From Andalucia godoyi And28 (Eukaryota > Protista > Jakobida): 64,000 nucleotides of DNA. The DNA is taken from NCBI GenBank assembly GCA_009859145.1, contig VRVR01000009.1:62001-126000 (forward strand). The letters run 5' to 3'. Under the pieces are notes generated by a model. The model searched no databases. It saw only the letters and a program-made list of their open reading frames with translations, and was not told where the DNA came from. Made by a program: the position numbers and the translations under genes. Positions 50,325 through 59,113 of this stretch are shown piece after piece; position 1 is the stretch's first letter; every line of letters starts with the position of its first letter.

Positions 50325-51790
50325 TTAGTATTCTTTGGACTCGAGAGCACCGATCCTGTCTTCCGTCATTGACACCCGCTCCTCAAGAATCGACACGGTT
50401 TGCGTCAGCATGTCGAGCTGCCTGACAATGTGCTCCAAGGTGGCCGCAAGATGCGACGGAATTCCTGCTGTCTCGAGCGACGGTGCTGAATACACTGGTA
50501 TCTGCGTTTCCTCTGCCCCTGCGCCAGACCCAGATCCAGACCCAGTCCCCGGAGCAGCATCATCGCCGGTGATTCGAGAACTTCCTTGCACATCGACAAT
50601 GTCTGCGGCCTCTTGCACTACAGTCTTTGGCGTCTTCTTCTCAAGCACTTTTTCCTTCTTTGCAGGAGCCTGCCTTTTTCCGCTACCCTCTGCAGACCCC
50701 GGCAAGGAGTGGTGCTTGCCTCTCACACTGCCACTGTTCTGCGCATCCTTGTCAATCACGTTTTCGGACTCGTCTGAGAGGTTCGACTGCCAGACCAGGA
50801 CCGTGGCATCCTCCCCGCCTGTGGCAAAGTAGTCGCCGTTTTCCGAAAACGCACACGCGGTCACCGGACCCTCGTGTCCCTGGATGGTATACGCAAGCAC
50901 GCCTTCCATGAGATCATAGACTTTGAGGTCGCCGTCCGCGCTCGAGGACGCCAGATAAGTGCCCATTGGATGGAATGCCAGTCCCGTCACTGTATCCGAA
51001 TGGTGTGCATAATGTTGCAACAGAGCGTGTGATCTTAGATCCCACAACCGGACTGCGTGGTCTGCACCGCCAGCCGCAACGCACGTTCCGTCAGGGTGGA
51101 ACGCAACGCAATGAACTGCGGCGGTTGGCTCACGGAACACATGAACACAAGTGGATGACACAACGTCCCACAGACGGACAGTCCTGTCGTCAGACGCAGT
51201 GACTGCCATTCGACCGTCTGGAGAAAACCGAGCCATACGAACCCAATTCGAGTGTCCAGCAAGCGTTGCACTGAATTTGCAGCTTGCATTTGGTCCAAGT
51301 GACCATATTTTGCACGTCTTGTCGTCCGAAGCAGTCAGCAAAAACTGGTTATCGGATGAAAACTCTGCGTACCTGGTGGGGCCCGAATGGCCTTTCAAGA
51401 CAAGCGAGTCTGCGCGGACGGAGTCGGTCCAAATTCTGACTGTCCTGTCCCTAGACGTGGAGGCAATGTACTGACCATCCGGAGAAAAATGCACTGAATT
51501 GACTGCAGCTGTGTGTCCAACAAAGCGGAGTGCGCGCAGCGTGGGCTTGAAGTTCCAAACCATCACAGTCGAGTCGTGCGAACCCGATGCAATCTGCTTC
51601 GTCAACGGATGGAACGAAAGCGACGAAACAGTGTCTTTGTGCCCTCGAAACGTGCGCACAACTTCAGGATCGCCCGGCTAATCAATACGAAAATATTCCC
51701 AATCGTTAGATTCTCGATCTTTTGATACGCTACATATAAAGAAGAAGAAAAAGAAGAAGGAGAAGAACAAGCTAAAACGAAACATACCAT
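50325..51790 (-). CDS. POC1: Centriolar WD40 protein POC1; complement(join(50325..51677,51788..51790)), 451 aa
   Basis: M|PGDPEVVRTFRGHKD, WNFKPTLRALRFVGH, LKGHSGPTR, SDDKTCKIW, HSNWVR.ARFSPDGR, HALLQHY..H, and a C-terminal POC1 coil TLEHIVRQLDMLTQTVSILEERV..TED. Confidence 0.95.
51678..51787 (-). other. Spliceosomal intron (110 nt) immediately after the ATG of POC1
   Basis: Minus strand reads ATG|GTATGT...CTAAC (51709-51705)...TTAG|CCGGGCGATCCT. An in-frame TAG otherwise blocks the ORF upstream. Confidence 0.88.
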
Positions 51791-52255
51791 TCCAATGTCG
51801 TTGTTTGGATATTGTTTGTTGCTTGTTTTGTATTCCTCTTTTTTTTTTTTTTGAAAACACCCCACGTCTCACAACACACAATGAGGCTAAATCAGATTTC
51901 GCTGAAATGAAGAAAAGCAGAAGAAGCAGAAATAGACGAAGCAGAAGAAAACGAAAAACAGAAGCAAAGAAGGACTATTAGCGTAAAGGTGGGAATGGTC
52001 AATTGGCATCAAAGACAACGGCGTGGCGGGAAAAAACACCTTTCTTGCATCAACTGATGCTGTCGCCAAAAAACAAAAACGCCAAGAAAACTAAAGGCCT
52101 AAACATTTTATCCTCAATATGCAAGCGATTTTCCCTTCATTGATTTTTCAAAAGAAATCTATATTTTTATTAAAAAAGCATCGTTTGGATAAAGTGGATC
52201 GCTAGATAGCTGAACAGACGGATAGATGCATGTATGTATATGTGTGTATGTATGT

Positions 52256-52287
52256 ATGAATGAATGAATGAATGAATGAATGAATGA
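52256..52287 (+). repeat. (ATGA)8 tetranucleotide repeat, preceded by (TATG)n, overlapping a start codon
   Basis: ATG at 52256, 52260, ... 52284, read directly. Confidence 0.9.
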
Positions 52288-53098
52288 GTCAACGAATGCT
52301 GCGAATTGGGCTAGTACGAGCTCGTTCATCGTACTTCGAACCGCGTCGTTTCTGTCATTTTCAGCAGTATACAAGCTTATCCGAGTGAATAAGCATTTTC
52401 AACACGTTCTGGAAAACGATGCTGTATTATGGGCGCGCTTCTTTGAAAAGCTGTCGGGCCGTCCTGGCTTGTCGTCGGGGTCGTCGTTGTTTCTGTTTGA
52501 ACTGGTACCTTGGAGACATTTGTGCAAGCTGTTTGTAGGAGAAATCAGCGCTCAGAAAAGCAGTCGATTGCACTCGCTCTTGTCTCGGTATCCGCTCCTT
52601 CGCATCTCGAAATCATCTCCACATCCGCAAATCATTGATGTCAAGAAGAGCAGCGTGAAGATTCCCTGCCCTGTGGCCGCGCCCTCGTCGTCGTTGTCGT
52701 CGCAGCCGGCGTGCCCGCCTCGTGGCGGCTGTAGTGGTGGCTGTGGCGCACGCTTCATGGAAATTAACCACGAGTTTGAAACGCACTTGTGGAGACATCT
52801 TGGAATGAAACCTCTGGCTTGTCCATTCTGCAAGGACACGTTCAGAAAGGCCGCTTCCCTCATGAAGCACTCTGAGAACTGCTGCGGAACGCACAATGCG
52901 ACTGCATCTTCCGCACTCTTTCCTTCCACCAGTGCTGTTTCAAGACAGACGCCGAGGAAGAGAGTGCGGCCAAATAGAGATCAGCACCATGATGAGGATG
53001 GCGACGATGCTCGTAATCACCGATCGGTGAAAACGAGACGAGTCGCGAGTCGATCTGCTGTCCGTGCCCTCTCAGCCCATTTGCGATCGCAGTCGTAG
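52280..53098 (+). CDS. F-box-like plus C2H2-type zinc-finger protein
   Basis: N-terminal ASFLSFSAVYKLIRVNKHFQHVLENDAVLW..FF (F-box-like). Tandem finger region CSGGCGARF...FETHLWRHLGMKPLACPFCKDTFRKAASLMKHSENC has a canonical-like linker H.GMKP..C. Confidence 0.7.
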   Translation: MNESTNAANWASTSSFIVLRTASFLSFSAVYKLIRVNKHFQHVLENDAVLWARFFEKLSGRPGLSSGSSLFLFELVPWRHLCKLFVGEISAQKSSRLHSLLSRYPLLRISKSSPHPQIIDVKKSSVKIPCPVAAPSSSLSSQPACPPRGGCSGGCGARFMEINHEFETHLWRHLGMKPLACPFCKDTFRKAASLMKHSENCCGTHNATASSALFPSTSAVSRQTPRKRVRPNRDQHHDEDGDDARNHRSVKTRRVASRSAVRALSAHLRSQS

Positions 53099-53302
53099 AT
53101 GCGTCGTCCCAACTACAGTAAACAGAAAAAACGCAGAATAATTGCATCGGCTTCGCGTGTCGCCTGCATCAAGAAACATCATCCTGCACAAACAATAACA
53201 AAAAAAACTCTGCAGACGGTGTGCAAGGTGCATTTGTCAAGGTAAGAGAGAGAAGGGGAAGGGGGGAAAGCAAAAAGTAGGACCAGTCGTGGTGGGACGG
53301 AC

Positions 53303-54661
53303 ATGCGGATTCATCATTCTCGCGGTGTTTTTCGATTGTTCTCGTCGAGTGGATCGAGTGGAGGAGTTCCTTCGTTTGCAGTTCGACCGCATTTAGACTA
53401 CAAAGGTCTCCGTGCATCGTTGCCAGTGCTGCGCAAGACGTGCGAGGCCAAGAACATCCGGTGTGATTTAGACCGGTTTTCGGCCGTGTACGACGAGTCG
53501 TTCAATTTGAGCAGAAGGATTGAAGAGCTGCGCGCGGAGCGAAAGGCAAATGCGAGAATTGCTGGCGTTTCGAGAGGGAAGGAGATTAAAGAGCAGCTTT
53601 CGGAGCTTGAAACGCGTCATTCTGAGCTTTCTGTCGAGCTCGAAGGTCTCGGGCGGCTGATTCCGAACCTTGTGGATCCTTCTGTGCCAATCGGTGATGA
53701 ATCTAGAAACGAAATTGTGTTTCAATCTGACGTCAGCTTTCCAGGATCGGGAGGAAAAGGAGAATCGGTGAAGAGGGACCATGTGGAGCTGGCAAGATTG
53801 TGTGACTTGATCGACACGGAAGCTGCATCTCGGGTTTCGGGTGCTCGCTTTTACTACTTGAAGAACGAAGCTGCGCTAATGGAGCTCGCGCTGGTGAACT
53901 ATGCGGTGCACTTCATGGTTCAGAAAGGGTGGGTTCCGCACATCACGCCGGACCTCGTTCGGCTTGGGGTGGTCCAAGGTTGTGGATTCCAGCCTCGCGG
54001 AGAAGCAAAGCAACTGTATGAAGTGGCGGAAAGTGATCTCGTGCTGACAGCCACGGCCGAGATTCCGCTTTCCGGAATCCACATGGACTCCATCTTGACG
54101 GGCCCCGCACTTCCTCTCAAGTACGTTGCATTCGGGAGATGTTTTCGAACAGAAATTGGTCATGCCGGAAGCGAAAACCGCGGAATATATAGGGTTCATC
54201 AGTTCAGCAAGGTCGAAATGTTTGCGTTCTGCAGCCCGGACAGATCGGTCGAATTTCTGGAAAGCATCCGATCTGCCCAGATGGAGTTCTTTGAATCGCT
54301 GGATATCCCTTTCCGAGTGCTCAACATGGCTTCCGGGGAACTCGGTGCTCCTGCAACCAAGAAATACGACATTGAAGGATGGATGCCAGGTGCCGGCAAG
54401 TGGGGCGAGCTGTCTTCGGCATCCAACTGCACCGACTACCAAGCAAGAAGACTGAACATCCGTGTACGCGAATCTGCAAATGACAAGCCTGTGTTTGTGC
54501 ACACGTTGAATGGAACCGTGTGTGCTGTTCCCAGAACACTCATTGCAATCTGGGAAAATGGACAAGATGATTCGGGCAACATCCGAGTCCCCAAGGTTCT
54601 GCATCCGTACATGATGAACATCGACTGCATCCGTCCTCGCGCTCAGGTATCTCCAAAGTAA
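53303..54661 (+). CDS. SARS2: Seryl-tRNA synthetase, organellar/bacterial type (probably mitochondrial)
   Basis: R/S-rich presequence (MRIHHSRGVFRLFSSS), IPNLVDPSVPIG, SGARFYYL, LTATAEIPL, CFRTE.G, RVHQFSKVEMF, ELSSASNCTDYQARRL, HTLNGT.CAVPR. Confidence 0.95.
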   Translation: MRIHHSRGVFRLFSSSGSSGGVPSFAVRPHLDYKGLRASLPVLRKTCEAKNIRCDLDRFSAVYDESFNLSRRIEELRAERKANARIAGVSRGKEIKEQLSELETRHSELSVELEGLGRLIPNLVDPSVPIGDESRNEIVFQSDVSFPGSGGKGESVKRDHVELARLCDLIDTEAASRVSGARFYYLKNEAALMELALVNYAVHFMVQKGWVPHITPDLVRLGVVQGCGFQPRGEAKQLYEVAESDLVLTATAEIPLSGIHMDSILTGPALPLKYVAFGRCFRTEIGHAGSENRGIYRVHQFSKVEMFAFCSPDRSVEFLESIRSAQMEFFESLDIPFRVLNMASGELGAPATKKYDIEGWMPGAGKWGELSSASNCTDYQARRLNIRVRESANDKPVFVHTLNGTVCAVPRTLIAIWENGQDDSGNIRVPKVLHPYMMNIDCIRPRAQVSPK

Positions 54662-54929
54662 TAAATAAGAACCCCCGCCGTCTCCCACGATGAATAACGG
54701 ACCTGTACGTCATCCCCGACGTCCGGCAGCCGAGCCGAAAACGAACCGAGTCTGACGAGTGCTCACTGCTGTACCGCTGTGCTAGTCATAGCACACACAC
54801 AAAAAAAAAAATCGCACGAACACGACATTTTCTGGCCAAAAACAACAAGAGAAGATAAAAGACTATCATCTCTTTCATTCGTGCAATTGAAAGAAGAGGG
54901 AGAGGGGAAAGAAGGGAGATAGATTGTAA

Positions 54930-55865
54930 ATGAAAGGAAAAGAGAGGAAGCGAGGAAGAAGTGAGTCGACGACGGCTGCTTCAGAGGCATTCCGAATAGC
55001 GACGCAGCGTCTGTCTTCTCGTGGAATTCGCACGAATGCGTCCATCGCACCCTTCGTGAATGGCAGTGTGTTTCCGCAACTGCGATCCAGCAAGGATATT
55101 GCGAGACGAGTATGCATTTGCATTGCGATTCAATCGGTTGCCTCTGCTGCAATCGAGGATTTGAAGTCTGCTCCAGAAGCAAGCAAGATCGTGATCAATT
55201 GGCTCAAGGAAGAGCGGCTGTGGGATGCCGTCGAAGAAGACGAGCAGTACTTTCTGGAATTTCCCCTTGAACAATCGCCGACGCAAGGCCCTGAAGAAGA
55301 ACAAGAAGACCAGAACAGCGGTGTGAAGTTGCTCATCCGTGATTCCGAAGATGACGAGGAAGAAGAAGAAGGAGAAGAAGAAGAAGAAGAAGAAGAAGAA
55401 GGAGAAGGGCCATCCGAGTACGAACTTGCATCGCAGGAAATGCAAATGCGCACAGAGTCTGCAGTGTGTCTTTCGTGGCTTCTTGGGATTCCCATCATCA
55501 CAGACGACAGCGATCACCGTGACGATCATGATGGTAGAAGTGAGTCAAAGGATGGACAGCAAACGTCGCTTCCGTTTCCAGTTCAGCCGCTTCCTCTGCT
55601 TCCACTGCTCAACTCGGGGTCGCTGCCATTCCCCGGATCAAGCACCAAGGAATTTGTTTCTCAAGCGTTCGCAAGCCAACGGTCGATTGATGATGCTTTG
55701 GTAGAACTCGAAACCGCCGCTGCTCTTGCACACATCATGCAGTCCTTTCCCGACGAGGAATCCGTGCAGGACTATGTGCTGGAAGCTGTGCAAGAACGCC
55801 AAAGATGTCTGGCTTGGGCATGTGGCCTTCGCGATATCATGTCCATCGAAGACGAAGACGACTGA
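54930..55865 (+). CDS. DUF4272-like protein
   Basis: RSSKDIARRVCI, WLKEERLWDAVEEDEQYFL, ESAVCLSWLLG and VQERQRCLAW match the recalled DUF4272 pattern (R...EIA.RA, WL....LW..L...E..F, E....L.WALG, ER..AL.W). Includes an acidic insertion. Confidence 0.7.
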   Translation: MKGKERKRGRSESTTAASEAFRIATQRLSSRGIRTNASIAPFVNGSVFPQLRSSKDIARRVCICIAIQSVASAAIEDLKSAPEASKIVINWLKEERLWDAVEEDEQYFLEFPLEQSPTQGPEEEQEDQNSGVKLLIRDSEDDEEEEEGEEEEEEEEEGEGPSEYELASQEMQMRTESAVCLSWLLGIPIITDDSDHRDDHDGRSESKDGQQTSLPFPVQPLPLLPLLNSGSLPFPGSSTKEFVSQAFASQRSIDDALVELETAAALAHIMQSFPDEESVQDYVLEAVQERQRCLAWACGLRDIMSIEDEDD

Positions 55866-56053
55866 TCTACGTTTCATTTCATAAAGACAACACCCCTCCC
55901 CCCAGTGTGTATTTGTGTTTGTGTTTGCATTCTCGCCCACCACCGCTTCACCTTCTCTCATTGAAACAGAATGCGTCTTTTTATCTTGTTTGTACTGTAC
56001 AATTCCGAAGCTACACCTACCACGTATCATCATCCCCCTTACTCCGCAGTCAG

Positions 56054-56434
56054 TTAGACTCCATTTTGCGCGAGCTTTTCAATGTGGATTTGCTGTTCGC
56101 GTTCGATGCTTAAAAGACACTGATATTCTGTGATCTTTCGGTCCAAGAGTGCTTTTCGCTCTGCAACCAAACTTTCCAGCTCGACAATTCGCTGCTTTCG
56201 AATCTCAGACTGTGACTCGACCTTGTTCCTCATTGCGATTGCCTTTATCTTTTCAGTCTCCAAGAGCCGCGCAGCATTGTTCACTTTCTGAATCGAACTG
56301 TGCGCAATCTCCACTGCCGTCCCAAGCTTCTCTGCAAACGATCGCGATTCATTATGAAGATCTTCCGTCCGCGCAAACACAATCGGATCAATCACACGAA
56401 TCGAATAGTTCTCATCAAACGTTAAATCAGACAT
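56054..56434 (-). CDS. IFT20: Intraflagellar transport protein 20
   Basis: LTFDENYSIRVIDP, LETEKIKAIAMRNKV, LVAERKALLDR...EYQCLL..E.EQ...IEKL. The track start at 56440 is GTG; the ATG is at 56434. Confidence 0.92.
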   Translation of the reverse strand: MSDLTFDENYSIRVIDPIVFARTEDLHNESRSFAEKLGTAVEIAHSSIQKVNNAARLLETEKIKAIAMRNKVESQSEIRKQRIVELESLVAERKALLDRKITEYQCLLSIEREQQIHIEKLAQNGV

Positions 56435-56800
56435 CCTCACCTTAATTTAAATCCCCCTTCGCACCCTCGGACCTCTCAGGAAGAAAAACGAAAACAACTA
56501 CCAATAATTTAATTATTCCGTAATTCAATTTGATGTTCCGGTGATGCCGATATGCTCGGTAACGTTAATAAAAATCGTTGTCTTCGTGTTTGTTTGGTGT
56601 TGTTGTTGTTGTTGTTTTCATGTGACGATGATGGTTCAAGTGATGCCAGTGTTACACTTCTTCTTTGGTTGATCTTTCTTCAACTCGAAAATATGGATGG
56701 AATATTCAGTCTTCTTTTTATTATTATTATTATTGTTGTTGTTGTTGTTATTACTATTCATTTTCATTTTCCACTGTTTTTAGTGTTTGGTTGATTGAAG

Positions 56801-56803
<3 letters not shown>

Positions 56804-56851
<48 letters not shown>

Positions 56852-56908
56852 GAGGGAGGAGAGAGAGAGAGAGAGAGAGAGGAGGGAGAGAGAGAGGGAG
56901 GGAGGGAG
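56804..56908 (+). repeat. 105-nt pure-purine (GA/GGA)n tract abutting the LMBR1-family start codon
   Basis: Only A and G from 56804 up to the ATG at 56909. Confidence 0.95.
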
Positions 56909-58690
56909 ATGGTTCCTGTATTTTTCATTGTAGCTCTGCTTCTAGTCTCGGTGCTCGTTGGAGTGTTTCTATTTTATTTTACACGGAAAGCACGGCTTTC
57001 GATTGCAGACTATGTGATTGTGTCGACTTCAATCCTTGTTTGCTGTCTTCCGATTGCGGTTTTGCCCGCAGATGTAGACTCTGCGATGAAGAGTACGACG
57101 GATTCATTTGATGAGGACCGGGTGATGTGGAAAGACACGTGGACAGCAATCTTTTGGCTCATTCAGATATATTCGTGGATCATCATTCCTATGCATCAGT
57201 CGTATGTCACGGCCGGCGGGTTCTCGTTTTTACATAACATCCGACTTGCGCTTCGTGAAAATGTCATCTTGTATGGGATCATGGGCGCACTGGCTGTGGT
57301 TTCATTTATTTTCCTGGTGGCAGTTCGCGACGGAATTACAAGCTCCGAAGTGCTCGAGCTGTGCATCGCGCTGTCGAATGCACAGGGATTGATTTCGGTG
57401 TTGTTGCTTATGGGATACGGGCTTGTTGAATTCCCAAAGGCGTTTTGGAGACACGGAAACGAGACTAGAGAGAAGCACAGAATGGAGTACCTCGCGGTGT
57501 CACTGCACGATGATAAAGAAGAGGCGCAGCTTACGCTTTCGGATTCAAAACGAGAAATTGAGCAGCTCGTTTCTGGGCCCATTGAAGACATGGCTTCGTA
57601 CTATAAGAAATCCGGGGACAAAACAGTCGTCAAGCTGAATGCCACGCACAAGAAGGCCTCCATTACAGTGACCAAGGCACACGTGCAATGGCAGCGGTTG
57701 GTCGATGCGTATTTCAAGAAACATCACCGATTCTACCATGGTCTTTTCAAAATCGGCGCACTGCTTATGGCTGTAATCTCCATAATCTTCTTGTACTCCG
57801 AATGCACCCTGGCAGGAGATGACAGATCAGCGTCTGTTGTTTACCATATTGTCAAAATTCAGCCAGCTTTGTTTTCGTTTTTGTGCTTGCTGTATGTTTG
57901 CGGCATTGGCTACGGAACGTTGCTGCGTGTTCGGGTGTTTTCATTTTATGAAATGGTTCCGTCCTACTCGGACACAAACACTCTGCAGTTCTTTTCTCTT
58001 TTCCTGTCTCGAGTGGTCATTCCAATCTGCAACAATGTCAACGAGCTGATGGGAGTGGAAGGAACGGCTTTTCAAGAGGTGTTTGATGTGGCGGTTCTTG
58101 GCACCAGAGCATTCAATTCATACGTTCCGATTATTCTGGTTCCGCTCGTGATTATTTCCATCTTTGACGCATGGTCCAGGCTTGCCGAATGGCTTGGCTT
58201 GTCTGCTCGTTTCGAACATGGAAGCAAGGACAAGTCCAAGGAAGAGGATCAGGCTATGGGCCGGACTCTGCTTTCTGCAGCGCAGCGAACACCCTCAACG
58301 ATGGCCATGGTTGGAAGGGATCTCGAAAGCGGACGGAAGGGTCCAGCGCCCCCCGTTGCATCGGCTGCTCTGCGTGCTGCAGCAGAGAAGTCGGACAAAT
58401 CAAAGTCGTCGGCAATTGCCAAGAAATATCTTGCGAAGCTCTCTGCGCCGACACAACCACCACCTGGCGGCTCTGCAAGTTCGAGCACCTCCAAGCCGCC
58501 TTCGTCCTTTGAAATGAGGGAAACAAAGTACTCTGCAGCTCGAGTGACCAGCACTGCTTCGTCCTCCTCCACAAATGGAGTAGAGCATGCTAGTTTGCTT
58601 CGAGACACGGATGATGTGTCGGATGTGGAGTCACGCCCGGCGGCTACTGCTCAGCCCCAGAAGAAACCACGCTTCGGGTTCTTCAACTAA
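56909..58690 (+). CDS. LMBR1-family (LMBRD2-like) multi-pass membrane protein
   Basis: VLPADV, W..IFW..QIYSWIIIPMHQSY..AG.F, L.ALSNAQGL...LLMGYGLVEFPK..W, MVPSYSDT..L, FNSYVPIIL. The track N-terminus (ERER...) is microsatellite; the ATG is at 56909. Confidence 0.88.
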   Translation: MVPVFFIVALLLVSVLVGVFLFYFTRKARLSIADYVIVSTSILVCCLPIAVLPADVDSAMKSTTDSFDEDRVMWKDTWTAIFWLIQIYSWIIIPMHQSYVTAGGFSFLHNIRLALRENVILYGIMGALAVVSFIFLVAVRDGITSSEVLELCIALSNAQGLISVLLLMGYGLVEFPKAFWRHGNETREKHRMEYLAVSLHDDKEEAQLTLSDSKREIEQLVSGPIEDMASYYKKSGDKTVVKLNATHKKASITVTKAHVQWQRLVDAYFKKHHRFYHGLFKIGALLMAVISIIFLYSECTLAGDDRSASVVYHIVKIQPALFSFLCLLYVCGIGYGTLLRVRVFSFYEMVPSYSDTNTLQFFSLFLSRVVIPICNNVNELMGVEGTAFQEVFDVAVLGTRAFNSYVPIILVPLVIISIFDAWSRLAEWLGLSARFEHGSKDKSKEEDQAMGRTLLSAAQRTPSTMAMVGRDLESGRKGPAPPVASAALRAAAEKSDKSKSSAIAKKYLAKLSAPTQPPPGGSASSSTSKPPSSFEMRETKYSAARVTSTASSSSTNGVEHASLLRDTDDVSDVESRPAATAQPQKKPRFGFFN

Positions 58691-58763
58691 TTCGATTTTG
58701 CGCATTGGCTGACAGTTTTTGGTTGCTCTTCCTTTTGACTGTGATTGCGGCTATGAATTATTT

Positions 58764-58795
<32 letters not shown>

Positions 58796-59113
58796 TTTAT
58801 TTTATTTTATTTCTGTTCTCTTCTTTTGTTTTTTGTTTTCCGCTTTTGGAGAATTAATTAATGATTTTTATTGTTTGTGTTATTCTGCTCTTTCTTTGTT
58901 GCTACTGTTGTTGTTGCTGTTCCTGCTCTTGATGATTGGGTATGATTGTGGCCAGTTCGTGCGGCTTCATTCATTTTGGTCAAGTCAACAAGAAAAACAT
59001 GCGCGCGGTGGGGCTAGGGAGTTCGTTTGCGATCGTGAGAATCTTATGTACATTAGGACTCCAAGTAGAAAACCAAAAAGGAGACCGAGAGATTGGCGCG
59101 CGAACGAGTGAAA

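Noticed and set aside
4648-56434. Apparent clustering of flagellar/centriolar genes (CFAP43, POC1, IFT20)
   Set aside because: They are separated by tens of kb and many unrelated genes. Three in ~30 genes is unremarkable for a flagellate.
56795-56908. MKVRERERE... N-terminal extension of the LMBR1-like ORF
   Set aside because: Starts at TTG and is translated GA microsatellite. The family N-terminus begins at ATG 56909.
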